From an uncultured Clostridia bacterium (lineage in GTDB: Bacteria; Bacillota; Clostridia; TANB77; CAG-508), in NCBI GenBank assembly GCA_934182465.1, contig CAKPRG010000004.1, positions 66,529 through 130,528 on the forward strand: DNA of 64,000 bases, in the 5' to 3' direction. The first letter of the stretch is position 1, and each line of letters starts with the position of its first letter. The notes beneath the pieces are model-generated. The model saw nothing but the letters and a program-made list of their open reading frames with translations, had not been told where the DNA came from and did no database searches. Shown here piece by piece: positions 27,734 to 37,696 of this stretch. The translations under genes and the position numbers were made by a program.

Positions 27734-28927
27734 TTATTTTACTTTTATGTATTTAATATTTTTTATTGTTTTTGCTTCATTTCTTAAAGATCTCATTGCA
27801 CCATATTCTACTAATTTATTTTTATAAAATTTACGAATTGGTTCATATTTATCTGATTCATCTTTTAAATCATATAATTCTCTTTTTAAAGATAGAATTT
27901 CTTTTTCTTCTGATGTTTTTGCTTTACTATATGCTGACCAGAATTTTTTGTATACTTCTCTTTCTTCTGGTTTGTCCCAATAAACTTTTGTTGATAAAAG
28001 TTTTACATTGTAATCTTCTATCAATTTCAAAAGCATTTGATAAGCTTCTTCTCTTTTAGTTTCTTGTTTTAAGTTAATTATTAATTTTCTAGTATCTCTT
28101 AATAATTTGTTGTAACATTGTTCTGCTGCGACTAATGGTAAGCTATGTGTAAATAATACTCTACTTAATCCTAATAAAATCATATTTTTTTCTAAGAAAT
28201 CTTTTTCATCTAATTTTCCAACACTAAATCTTTCATATTCTTCATATTCTGAAATAATTTTAGAATATTCACCTTTGTTATCTGTTTTTAATTTTATTGG
28301 TAATATTTCTTTTATGTATTCTTCTAATGTGCAGAATATATTTTTATATGTTTCTACTGAAGTTGCAACATTATTTCTTTGACCATCTGATAATTTTACT
28401 GAATAGTGTTTTAATATACCTTTGTATAATACGTCCATTTTTTTGATATATAATTTTTCAAATCTTGGAACTATTTTTTCTTTTTCTGATGTTACAACAC
28501 TTTGGTAATCTACTTCTAATAAAAATTTTTGTTTTTGATATTTGTATTCTAAATATTCGTTTTCTTTTAAATGAACTATATTGTAATATTTAGATAAAGC
28601 TTCTCTTTCAAAGCTTGAGGCTGTTCCACTTTTTACTTTTTTATATATTGAATCCATTATAAATTTATCTATTGACTCTAAATATAATGTATAACTTTCT
28701 TCAAATTTGTTTGTTAATTGTTCTTTTCTTTGAGCATCTGTATCATCTGCATTTTCTAAATTTTCAAATGCCTTTATTGCATTTGTTCTTTTTATTGTAA
28801 TTAAAAAACCATTTAATCCTATTTTTGTAGGCATTAATAATTTCGTTAGTGTATTTGAGATTTTGTTAAAAAAAGTTGTGTCTGCAGCTAAAACCTTTAA
28901 ACTTCTTTCCTCCATAAAATGTCTCAC
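27734..28927 (-). CDS. Hypothetical soluble 397-aa protein occupying the phoH/pgpH slot of the yqfCD-ybeY cluster
   Basis: No P-loop, no TM, no HD motif; Lys/Glu-rich helical protein. Confidence 0.4.
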   Translation of the reverse strand: MRHFMEERSLKVLAADTTFFNKISNTLTKLLMPTKIGLNGFLITIKRTNAIKAFENLENADDTDAQRKEQLTNKFEESYTLYLESIDKFIMDSIYKKVKSGTASSFEREALSKYYNIVHLKENEYLEYKYQKQKFLLEVDYQSVVTSEKEKIVPRFEKLYIKKMDVLYKGILKHYSVKLSDGQRNNVATSVETYKNIFCTLEEYIKEILPIKLKTDNKGEYSKIISEYEEYERFSVGKLDEKDFLEKNMILLGLSRVLFTHSLPLVAAEQCYNKLLRDTRKLIINLKQETKREEAYQMLLKLIEDYNVKLLSTKVYWDKPEEREVYKKFWSAYSKAKTSEEKEILSLKRELYDLKDESDKYEPIRKFYKNKLVEYGAMRSLRNEAKTIKNIKYIKVK

Positions 28928-28936
28928 CCTTTCAAT

Positions 28937-30127
28937 CTATAAATTTTCTTTTGTGCCAATTTCTTCTTGTACAATAAAAGTAACTTTTACGTTAACAATT
29001 CCGTTTTCTACATTAGTTTCTAAAAGTTCTTCTATTTCTTTATCTTGTAAGCTATGTTCTTCTTTTAACTCTTCTTCAAGTTCTTTTTTTATCTTTTCAA
29101 TTAACTCTTCTTGACCATAATTTTTATATTCTTTTTCTTTTTCAATTAAATTAATTTTTGTTATTGAAATTGGAAGATAAAAATTAGAAAATAACTTCAA
29201 TTTTTTGTTCGTCTTTATTGTATCATAATTTTCAAATTTTGAAACCCCTTTTGGTAAAATAATTTTAAAATTATTTAGATTTATTTCTATTTTTTTCTCT
29301 TCATTTCCTGTATTTTTTTCAATTTCTTGTATTAAACTTTCTTTTTTACTTTTTTCATATAAAATTTTGCCATAAATTGACGCTTCAGCATGCACCTGTC
29401 TTATTCCTGTATACTTTCCTTCCATTATTCCTTCTACTAACAAATCACCTGGTTTTACTTCATCTCCAACATTTACTCTAGCAGTACCATTTTGAACTAC
29501 TATTTTTGAAATGATAGCTGATTCTTTAGCAACTATATTACATACTTCATTTTCATCAACTATTTCTGGTTTTTCTTTTGTTTCAACAATTTCAACTATA
29601 GCATTTGTTCCTTTTATTTTAATTCCAATCCAAGCAATTTCTTCTTTTTGCAATCTTATCTCATTTATTATTTCATCAGTTTTTATTTTACTTTTTAAAG
29701 TTCCACTTTCAATTCCATCTTCCTTTAATAATTCTAATATTTCATTCTTATCAATTTTTTCATTTCCTATAACATCTACATTCCAAATAAACCTTGTCAT
29801 TATAAATATTAAAACAAATATTAATATTGTAAAAATAAAAAATATTTTTCTTTTTCTATAATTATGTATAACAAAAGGAACACCAGTCTTTTTCTCAATT
29901 TTTACACGACACTTAGTTTTTTTAGCTATTCTTTTTATTTTCTTAAAGTCTTTTGTACTTATACAAACTTTTACATAAGTATTTTTTTCTCTTTTTACAT
30001 TCCACAAAAATATATCTTGTGCAAAGCACATATTCATAAATCTTTCAACAAAAAAACCTTCAATTGCAATAGTTACAAATCCAGTTAAGTGCATGTATAA
30101 ACGTCTAACTAGCATTGTAAATTTCAT
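28937..30127 (-). CDS. yqfD: Sporulation protein YqfD
   Basis: 396 aa, central TM (IFFIFTILIFVLIFIMT), synteny after yqfC. Confidence 0.75.
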   Translation of the reverse strand: MKFTMLVRRLYMHLTGFVTIAIEGFFVERFMNMCFAQDIFLWNVKREKNTYVKVCISTKDFKKIKRIAKKTKCRVKIEKKTGVPFVIHNYRKRKIFFIFTILIFVLIFIMTRFIWNVDVIGNEKIDKNEILELLKEDGIESGTLKSKIKTDEIINEIRLQKEEIAWIGIKIKGTNAIVEIVETKEKPEIVDENEVCNIVAKESAIISKIVVQNGTARVNVGDEVKPGDLLVEGIMEGKYTGIRQVHAEASIYGKILYEKSKKESLIQEIEKNTGNEEKKIEINLNNFKIILPKGVSKFENYDTIKTNKKLKLFSNFYLPISITKINLIEKEKEYKNYGQEELIEKIKKELEEELKEEHSLQDKEIEELLETNVENGIVNVKVTFIVQEEIGTKENL

Positions 30128-30179
30128 TCCTTTCGCTTGTTTTTATCTAATTTTTTTGCTTTAGTAAACTAATATATTT

Positions 30180-30461
30180 TTATTCTTTTGCTTCTAAATC
30201 TATGCTTTCTATTTTTCCAGACACAAGTATATCGTCTTCTGTCATTTGACTAAGTTTCAAATTAAATCCATTTATACTAACAACTCCAATATATGTTGAA
30301 ATTCTCACAAAAAAATCTTCATATTCTAAAATTGCTTTAAAATTCTCTATTAGCATTTCATCAAAAGCTGTTATTGTTATTTTAGGAATTTTTCCTACAA
30401 CTTCCCTTGGAATTTCTAAAGCATTTTTCACTCTTCTATTTATATTTGATAATTTTCTCAT
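30180..30461 (-). CDS. yqfC: Sporulation protein YqfC (YabP/YqfC family)
   Basis: IPKITITAFDEMLIENFKAILEYEDFFVRISTYIGVVSINGFNLKL matches family; start at internal ATG after aagggat RBS. Confidence 0.75.
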   Translation of the reverse strand: MRKLSNINRRVKNALEIPREVVGKIPKITITAFDEMLIENFKAILEYEDFFVRISTYIGVVSINGFNLKLSQMTEDDILVSGKIESIDLEAKE

Positions 30462-30525
30462 ACTCAATTTATCCCTTCTAAGCAAATATTAATAATTGAT
30501 ATTTGCTCATTGCACCAAGTTTTTT

Positions 30526-30567
30526 AACTTGTGTGAAAAATTGGGCATAATCATTTATATAATAAAA
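30526..30567. repeat. Copy A of conserved ~42-nt intergenic motif aacttgtgtgMaaaRttgggcRtaatcMtttatataataa
   Basis: 41/46 identity with copy at 40037-40078; upstream of yqfC on minus strand. Confidence 0.6.
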
Positions 30568-30641
30568 ACGAATCATTTATTATTATATAAAAAACACCCT
30601 CTTCTTTAGAATATATATTCTAAAAAAGAAGGTGTATGACT

Positions 30642-31172
30642 TTATTCTTCTAATAATTTTAAAATTTCTTCATCTTTTTGGAGTTCTGGTGCTAAATAAC
30701 CAATTACTTTCTTTTTTCCTTTTGAAACAGCTGCTTTTGCAACATCTTTGTCTGTTCGAAGTCTTAAACTAGCATATTTTAATATAAGTGGTTTTTGAGT
30801 TACTGCAGCAAGTACAACATCTTTGTCATCTCTTAATCTTTCGCTCGCATAATATAATACTTGTCCATCATTTTTTACTGCTGTTAATATAACATCTTTA
30901 TCATTTCTTAAATTATCGCTTGCATAGCACCCAGTCCAACCTGCTTGTGAAACAGCTGCTAAAAGAACATCTTTATCATCTTTCAGTCTATTGCTTGCAA
31001 ATTCTAAAGCTCCTCCATCAACTTTCACAGCAGTAAGCAAAACTTCTTTGTCATCTCTAATTGAATCATTTGCCCACTCTATTAAAAGTGGCATTGTTTT
31101 TACTCTTTCTAGGTAAAATTCTCTATCATTTGTCTTTTGCTTAGCTTCTACAACTTCTGCACTATCTGCCAT
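30642..31172 (-). CDS. DUF4116 repeat protein (GC-elevated)
   Basis: Six ~23-aa repeats of the form DKEVLLTAVKVDGGALEFASNRLKDDKDV. Confidence 0.7.
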   Translation of the reverse strand: MADSAEVVEAKQKTNDREFYLERVKTMPLLIEWANDSIRDDKEVLLTAVKVDGGALEFASNRLKDDKDVLLAAVSQAGWTGCYASDNLRNDKDVILTAVKNDGQVLYYASERLRDDKDVVLAAVTQKPLILKYASLRLRTDKDVAKAAVSKGKKKVIGYLAPELQKDEEILKLLEE

Positions 31173-31185
31173 TTTTTGCCTCCAA

Positions 31186-33786
31186 TTATATTTTTCTTAA
31201 TTCTAGTTCTTCTTGTTCTTTATTTAAGTAAACTTCTATATTATCTCCAGAATTTATTTCTTTTGCAATAATAGCTTTACTTACTAAAGTCTCAACTTCA
31301 CTTTGGATTGTTCTTTTTAATGGTCTTGCACCAAAGTTAACATCATATCCTATTTCAATTATAAAATCTATTGCTTCATTTGTTATATTAAATTTAATAT
31401 CTTTATATGCTAATCTATTGCTTAAATCTTTAAGCATTAATTTAACAATATTGTATACTTGTTCTTTTCCAAGTGGATTAAAGCAAATTGTTTCATCTAA
31501 ACGATTTAAAAATTCTGGTCTAAAGTGTGTTCTTAAAGCTTGATTTATTTCATTTCTAGCTTCTTCTGTTATTTTTCCATTTTCACTAATACTGTCTAAT
31601 ATATATTGAGATCCTAAATTTGATGTTAATATTAATATTGTATTTTTAAAATCTATTAGTCTACCTTGTGAATCTGTAACTCTACCATCATCTAATATTT
31701 GTAAAAATATATTGAATACATCTGGATGAGCTTTTTCAACTTCATCAAATAAAACTACTGAATATGGTTTTCTACGAACAGCTTCTGTTAATTGTCCACC
31801 TTCTTCATATCCAACATATCCTGGAGGTGCTCCTATTAATCTTGTTACACTAAATTTTTCCATATATTCAGACATATCTATACGAATCATATTTTTTTCA
31901 TCATCAAATAATGTTCTTGCTAATGTTTTTGCAAGTTCTGTTTTACCAACACCAGTAGGACCTAAGAATAAGAATGAACCTATTGGTCTATTCGGATTTG
32001 CAATTCCAGCACGAGAACGAATAATACACTCTGTTACTTTTTTTACAGCTTCATCTTGTCCAATTACACTTTCATGTAATGTAGATTCAAGATTCATTAT
32101 TTTTAATCTTTCACCTTCTTGCATTTTTGTAACAGGAATACCTGTCCAACGAGATACTATTTGTTGAATTTCTTCAGCTGTTACTTTATTTCTTAATAAT
32201 GTTGATTTTCCACCTTGTCTTTTTTCTGCTTCTTTTTCTTCTTGTTCCAAAACTGTTTTTAAATTTGGTAAAGTAGAATATTTTAATTCTGCTGCTTTAT
32301 TTAAATCGTAATTTCTTTCTGCTTGTTCTATTTGAGCATTTACTAAATCAATTTGTTCCTTTAAAGCTTTTACTCTAGCAATATTTTTCTTTTCTTCTTC
32401 CCATTTAGCTTTCATTTCAGTAAACTTGTCTCTTAATTCTGCAAGTTCTTTTTGAACTTTTGCAAGTTGATCTTTTGAACTATTATCTTCTTCTCTTTCT
32501 AAAGCTGCTTCTTCAATTTCATGTTGCATAATTTTTCTAGAAATTTCATCTAATTCAATTGGCATTGATTCCATTTCTGTTCTAACCATTGCACAAGCTT
32601 CATCTATTAAATCTATTGCCTTATCTGGCAAAAATCTATCTGTAATATATCTATTTGATAAAGTCGCTGCTGCAATTAATGCTTGATCTTGAATTTTTAC
32701 ACCATGGAATATTTCAAATTTTTCTTGAATACCACGAAGAATTGTAATTGTATCTTCTACTGTTGGCTCATTTACCATAACAGGTTGAAATCTTCTTGCT
32801 AATGCTGGATCTTTTTCAATATATTCTCTGTATTCATCTAAAGTTGTTGCACCCATACAATGTAACTCACCTCTTGATAATTTAGGTTTTAACAAGTTAC
32901 TAGCGTCCATTGCTCCTTCTGATTTTCCAGCTCCTACTAAATTGTGAATTTCATCTATAAATAATAAAATATTTCCTTCACTTTTATCTAATTCATTCAT
33001 TACAGATGTAAGTCTTTCTTCAAATTCACCTTTGTACTTAGCTCCTGCTACTAATAAACCTAAATCTAAAGAATATATATGTTTGTCTTTTAAACTTGTT
33101 GGAACATCACCTCTAACAATTCTTTGTGCTAAACCTTCAACAATTGCTGTTTTACCAACACCAGGTTCACCAATTAAAACTGGATTGTTTTTTGTTTTAC
33201 GAGTTAATATTCTCATTACATTTCTAATTTCTTCATCTCTACCAATAACAGGATCTAATTTGTTATTTCTAGCTTGATCAGTTACATCTTTTCCAAATTT
33301 TAATAATACATCATAAGTATTTTCTGGTGTATCTGTTCTTACAGATACATTACCTCTAACATCTTTCAATGCAATTAAAAAACGATGTTTATCAATTCTA
33401 TATAACTTGAATATTCTACCTAATTTTGGTGTACATTTTTCTATAATACCAAGCATTATATGTTCAACTGAAATAAATTCATCTTTCATATTTTTTGCTT
33501 GTTTTTCTGATTCTTGCAACTCATCTTCAACTTCTTGTGAAAAACGCATTGCAACATTACCTGTGATTTTAGGTAATAATCGAATTTCATTTTCTATATT
33601 TTCCTTTAATTCTTCTACATTTACTCCCATATTTTTTAGCAATTGATATATAAGATTATTTTCATTATTTACCATTGCATCAACCATGTGAAATTCTGTA
33701 ATTTCTGCATTTCTATTTTGAACTGCTATATTACTTGCATCAGAAATTAAAGTTTTTGATTTTTCTGTTAAACTTGAAACATTCAT
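31186..33786 (-). CDS. clpB: ATP-dependent chaperone ClpB
   Basis: Two AAA+ modules (GEPGVGKTAI; GPTGVGKTEL), long coiled-coil M-domain. Confidence 0.95.
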   Translation of the reverse strand: MNVSSLTEKSKTLISDASNIAVQNRNAEITEFHMVDAMVNNENNLIYQLLKNMGVNVEELKENIENEIRLLPKITGNVAMRFSQEVEDELQESEKQAKNMKDEFISVEHIMLGIIEKCTPKLGRIFKLYRIDKHRFLIALKDVRGNVSVRTDTPENTYDVLLKFGKDVTDQARNNKLDPVIGRDEEIRNVMRILTRKTKNNPVLIGEPGVGKTAIVEGLAQRIVRGDVPTSLKDKHIYSLDLGLLVAGAKYKGEFEERLTSVMNELDKSEGNILLFIDEIHNLVGAGKSEGAMDASNLLKPKLSRGELHCMGATTLDEYREYIEKDPALARRFQPVMVNEPTVEDTITILRGIQEKFEIFHGVKIQDQALIAAATLSNRYITDRFLPDKAIDLIDEACAMVRTEMESMPIELDEISRKIMQHEIEEAALEREEDNSSKDQLAKVQKELAELRDKFTEMKAKWEEEKKNIARVKALKEQIDLVNAQIEQAERNYDLNKAAELKYSTLPNLKTVLEQEEKEAEKRQGGKSTLLRNKVTAEEIQQIVSRWTGIPVTKMQEGERLKIMNLESTLHESVIGQDEAVKKVTECIIRSRAGIANPNRPIGSFLFLGPTGVGKTELAKTLARTLFDDEKNMIRIDMSEYMEKFSVTRLIGAPPGYVGYEEGGQLTEAVRRKPYSVVLFDEVEKAHPDVFNIFLQILDDGRVTDSQGRLIDFKNTILILTSNLGSQYILDSISENGKITEEARNEINQALRTHFRPEFLNRLDETICFNPLGKEQVYNIVKLMLKDLSNRLAYKDIKFNITNEAIDFIIEIGYDVNFGARPLKRTIQSEVETLVSKAIIAKEINSGDNIEVYLNKEQEELELRKI

Positions 33787-33938
33787 ACACAATCTTCCTT
33801 GTATATTTATTTAGGTTTTTGAGGATTTACCTATAAACCTTATTTTAACAATGTTATTGTATCACTAATTTTTTTGTTTTAAAAGTTTTTATATTATAAA
33901 TTTATTAAAATTTCATTTATTTCTTTTAAAACAAATTT

Positions 33939-33966
33939 GAAAAGCACCCTATTAAGAGTGCTTTTC
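33939..33966 (-). terminator. Terminator hairpin after 172-aa ORF
   Basis: gaaaagcac/gtgcttttc 9-bp stem. Confidence 0.45.
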
Positions 33967-33996
33967 ATAAAATCTTTTTAAGTTTAGCTATAAAAT

Positions 33997-34515
33997 TTAT
34001 TTCATCTGAATTCTGATAATATTATCTTCCATTTGTTTTACAATAACTTCTGGAATCCTTTCATTAATATCTGCAATTAATTCATTCAAATGTTGACTAG
34101 TTTTACACTTAATATCAATAATATGTCTTTCCGAATACAATGTAGGATAGTATTCTTCAAAATCGATCTGATACGTTTTTTTTATATGCTTAAACAATTT
34201 GTCATGACTTTTTTTCAAAGAATAAGAAGAATCATAATAAATGGTAATTATTATTACACCGTTGCTATCTGATCTACCTGAAGTTCCAATCTCAAAACAT
34301 CCATCTGCATCATACTCAATTTTAAATGCAATCTTACATTTAGGGTGATTTTTCTTTTGAAATTTTATTGCCCGTAGAACATACTCATTAGTTTCTAAAA
34401 ATCTCCATTCCCATTTCATATTATCCAAATATTCATTAAATAGTTCCTCTGTTTTGGCCTTTGCAACAATTACCTCCGCAACTTCATCTGGAATTTCCAT
34501 GCCTAAAATTTTCAT
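33997..34515 (-). CDS. Hypothetical protein (172 aa)
   Basis: ORF only. Confidence 0.35.
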   Translation of the reverse strand: MKILGMEIPDEVAEVIVAKAKTEELFNEYLDNMKWEWRFLETNEYVLRAIKFQKKNHPKCKIAFKIEYDADGCFEIGTSGRSDSNGVIIITIYYDSSYSLKKSHDKLFKHIKKTYQIDFEEYYPTLYSERHIIDIKCKTSQHLNELIADINERIPEVIVKQMEDNIIRIQMK

Positions 34516-34660
34516 AGCTTTTTCCTCCTGCTTATTTAGATTTAATTAACTTAAGGCTTCTACCTTGTTATTACATTTATTGTAGCAACATTTTTGTATT
34601 ATGTAAAATACAAAAACGAGCACAAGATATAATTTAGAGTTATATCTTATGTTCGTTTCA

Positions 34661-35518
34661 TTACTGAATATTTTTAAATATACTTTTTATATTCTTTATC
34701 TTATTATTAGAATTGTAATAAATTCCATACTCTAGAACTGGAGATTCAATTTTCAATTTTAGTTTTCTTAATTTACCACACTCAAGTTCTTGTTGTATAT
34801 ATTCTTCTGTTATATATGCAATTATATCTTCATTTTGCATTTTTTCAATAATTGTATTAAATGTTGCATTCTTTATTTCTATATTTTTAAAATTCTTTTC
34901 TTTTAATATATTTTTCAAATTTTCACTTGTACTGGATATATTCCTTAATGTATATATAGTCATTTTTTCATCATGATTCAAAATACTTTTATCCAAATAT
35001 TTTGAATTACTATTAACAAAAAAATTGTCATGAAAAAAACCTAATCTAATAAACTTAATAAATTTATTATGTATATTCTCTGGTTGTTTTTTTGATAAAT
35101 ATGCATCTATCTTCTGTTTTTCTAACATTGAAAACATCTCTTCAGTAGGACTTTTTTCTATAGCAATCTCAATATTAGCATTATCTTTTCTTATTTTTGC
35201 TATTATTTCTCTATATATTTCTTTTGGCATATTTGTATGAATTCCCAAATTTAATATTGCACTTTGTCTTATATTATTTTCTACATTTATCAATGTATTT
35301 ATAGCATCTTTTATTTGATTGTATATCTTTTCTCCATCTACTGTTAATTTCATTCCATATTGTGTTCTATAGAATAATTTTAACTTCAATTCCTTTTCTA
35401 AATTGTGTATATGTTTTGTTACTGCTGGTTGAGATATATTTAAAATCTCACTTGCTCTTGTTAAATTTTCTTCATCTGCTACAAATTTAAATATTCTATA
35501 TAATTCTAAATTTACCAC
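34661..35518 (-). CDS. LysR-family transcriptional regulator
   Basis: N-terminal HTH LTRASEILNISQPAVTKHIHNLE, C-terminal substrate-binding fold length. Confidence 0.8.
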   Translation of the reverse strand: MVNLELYRIFKFVADEENLTRASEILNISQPAVTKHIHNLEKELKLKLFYRTQYGMKLTVDGEKIYNQIKDAINTLINVENNIRQSAILNLGIHTNMPKEIYREIIAKIRKDNANIEIAIEKSPTEEMFSMLEKQKIDAYLSKKQPENIHNKFIKFIRLGFFHDNFFVNSNSKYLDKSILNHDEKMTIYTLRNISSTSENLKNILKEKNFKNIEIKNATFNTIIEKMQNEDIIAYITEEYIQQELECGKLRKLKLKIESPVLEYGIYYNSNNKIKNIKSIFKNIQ

Positions 35519-35562
35519 AAAAATATCTCCTTTTTTCTATACTTTTGTCAAATATTTTATAT

Positions 35563-36345
35563 TTATCTTACAAAATCGTTTAAACTTCTAATCTCATATC
35601 CTTGTTTTTTTATTTCTTTTATTAAATCATCTAAAATAACACTATTATCTTTTGATGTTGAATGTAATAAAATAACAGCTCCATTATGCAAATTATCTAA
35701 TACTTTCTTTTTGCCATATTCTTCTCTTCCTTGTTTGTTTTTATCCCAATCATCATAAGCAGATGACCAAAGCACACTTGTATAGCCTAAAGAATTAATA
35801 TAAGCTGTTGTTCTCGCACTAAATTCACCTTTTGGTGGTCTAAAAAATTTCATTTCATACCCTGTTTTTTCATATACAGCAGTATGTAATTTCATTATTT
35901 CATCTTTTATCTGTTCATTAGTTAAATTAGGTAAACATTTATGATTTACGGTATGGTTTCCGACAACATTTCCACCTTCTATCATCTTTTTTACCATATC
36001 TTCAGCAGTGTTTAGATAATGTCCTGTTATGAAAAATGCAGCTGTTACATTATTGTTTGCTAATGTATTTAAAATACTTTCCGTATAGCCTGCTTCATAG
36101 CCAGAATCAAAAGTTAAATAAACATATTTATCATTTGAATTTCCCATTGCAATTCCATTATACTCATTTACTACTTTTAAACTTTTACTATCTAATACAG
36201 GCTGAGTATGATTTTCTCCTCTTCTAAATCCCCAAGCTAACAATTCGTTACTTAATTCGTTTGCCTGTGACACAAAAGAAAATTGTGCAATGCTTACTAC
36301 TAATAATCCTAAAACAAAAACATATCTTTTCATTTTATCTTTCAT
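35563..36345 (-). CDS. Secreted polysaccharide deacetylase (NodB domain), PdaA-like
   Basis: Signal peptide; NVTAAFFITG…VVGNHTVNH…ILLHS NodB motifs. Confidence 0.7.
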   Translation of the reverse strand: MKDKMKRYVFVLGLLVVSIAQFSFVSQANELSNELLAWGFRRGENHTQPVLDSKSLKVVNEYNGIAMGNSNDKYVYLTFDSGYEAGYTESILNTLANNNVTAAFFITGHYLNTAEDMVKKMIEGGNVVGNHTVNHKCLPNLTNEQIKDEIMKLHTAVYEKTGYEMKFFRPPKGEFSARTTAYINSLGYTSVLWSSAYDDWDKNKQGREEYGKKKVLDNLHNGAVILLHSTSKDNSVILDDLIKEIKKQGYEIRSLNDFVR

Positions 36346-36404
36346 ATATTGTTCCCTCCAACAAATTCTAATTCATTGTATGAGCAAACAACATATTTAT
36401 ACCA

Positions 36405-36663
36405 TTAACAATAAAATTTTACTGAATCTTCTCCGTAAAATTCTTTCCACTTTGAAACGATTTTCATATAATATAAAGGTATTATTTCTAACAAACTATT
36501 TAATTCTTTTTCTGGAATACGTCCATTATTATTAGCTAAAATACATCCTGAAGCTTTTGTTAGCCAAACCTTAGTAGCATTTGGTACTGGTTTTCCCTTC
36601 GATATGTGAACATGTATAGGTTCATTATTTTCATTTGACCAAAAATAAATCTTATATCCGCAT
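36405..36663 (-). pseudogene. DUF4160-family gene with N-terminal frameshift
   Basis: Body frame YKIYFWSNENNEPIHVHISKG…KVWL matches DUF4160; only ATG (MRI*) is in another frame 2 codons upstream. Confidence 0.5.
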
Positions 36664-36676
36664 TATTTCTAAAATA

Positions 36677-36952
36677 CTAGGCAAATTTAATTCCTCCTTG
36701 TCTTGCATATTTAAAAAATAAATGAGCTCCTTTTTCTACTGTTTCTCTAAATTCTTTTATTTCCTCATCAGAATAATTACCTGCTTTTTCTACAATTTCA
36801 TAACTTGGAAGTTCAAAAATAACTGTATCAAAACCATTTTTAGTAGGTCTTTCAAAAGATACTCTTATATATTCATCACCATTTTCTTTTTTTCTAATAT
36901 CAGAAAAAACTACTAATGTTTCGTCTGGATATTTAGCAAATTCATAAACCAT
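36677..36952 (-). CDS. Hypothetical small protein (91 aa)
   Basis: ORF only. Confidence 0.35.
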   Translation of the reverse strand: MVYEFAKYPDETLVVFSDIRKKENGDEYIRVSFERPTKNGFDTVIFELPSYEIVEKAGNYSDEEIKEFRETVEKGAHLFFKYARQGGIKFA

Positions 36953-36973
36953 AATTTTATCACTCCTTCTTTT

Positions 36974-37696
36974 TTATTCTTCTAATATCTTCCAACTGCC
37001 AATTTTTTCTGGATAATCTTCAAATGTTAAACGTTCTTTTGTTGTTGGATGATTAAAACTTAATGAATACGCCCATAAAGCTAATTGTTTTCCTCTACCT
37101 CTATTTCCATATTTTTGATCTCCATATAGGCTATGATTTCTAGAAGAAAACTGAACTCTTATTTGATGGTGTCTACCTGTATGTAATAAAACTTTTACAA
37201 CTGATAAATTTATTTCTTCATTGTATTTTACAACTTCATAATCTAATATTGCTTCTTTTGCATTTTTAGCAAGTTTGCTTTTTAGCTCACTTGGATTTAC
37301 AACTTTACTTGTATTTGTTTTTTCATTTTTAAATAAATAGTCTTTAAATGTACCTTTTTCATTTTCCATTTTGCCATCTACTATACAAAGATATTGTTTT
37401 TCAAAATTTTTGTTTCTTATTTGTTCACTAAGTCTAGAGGCAGCTTTGGAAGTTTTTGCAAACACCATTACTCCACCTGTTGGTCTATCTAATCTATGTA
37501 CTAATCCTAAATATACTTCTCCTGGTTTATTATATTTTTCTTTTAGATATGCTTTTATAATTGTAAGCATATCTTCATCACCAGTTTTATCTCCTTGTGA
37601 TGGAATATTTACCGGCTTTTCAACTACTATTATATGATTATCTTCATAAATAACTTTTAAATTCATTTTATTCTTCCCATCTTCCATAAATTCCAC
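36974..37696 (-). CDS. RluA-family pseudouridine synthase
   Basis: HRLDRPTGGVMVFAKT catalytic Asp motif. Confidence 0.85.
   Translation of the reverse strand: MEFMEDGKNKMNLKVIYEDNHIIVVEKPVNIPSQGDKTGDEDMLTIIKAYLKEKYNKPGEVYLGLVHRLDRPTGGVMVFAKTSKAASRLSEQIRNKNFEKQYLCIVDGKMENEKGTFKDYLFKNEKTNTSKVVNPSELKSKLAKNAKEAILDYEVVKYNEEINLSVVKVLLHTGRHHQIRVQFSSRNHSLYGDQKYGNRGRGKQLALWAYSLSFNHPTTKERLTFEDYPEKIGSWKILEE

Noticed and set aside
33793-33996. Looked for CIRCE (HrcA) or CtsR operator upstream of clpB
   Set aside because: There is no match to TTAGCACTC-N9-GAGTGCTAA or GGTCAAA direct repeats; the only hairpin is the terminator of the upstream gene.
36677-36952. Tried to pair the 91-aa ORF with DUF4160 as a DUF4160/DUF2442 cassette
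   Set aside because: The sequence does not resemble DUF2442 and the gene order is opposite to the usual cassette.
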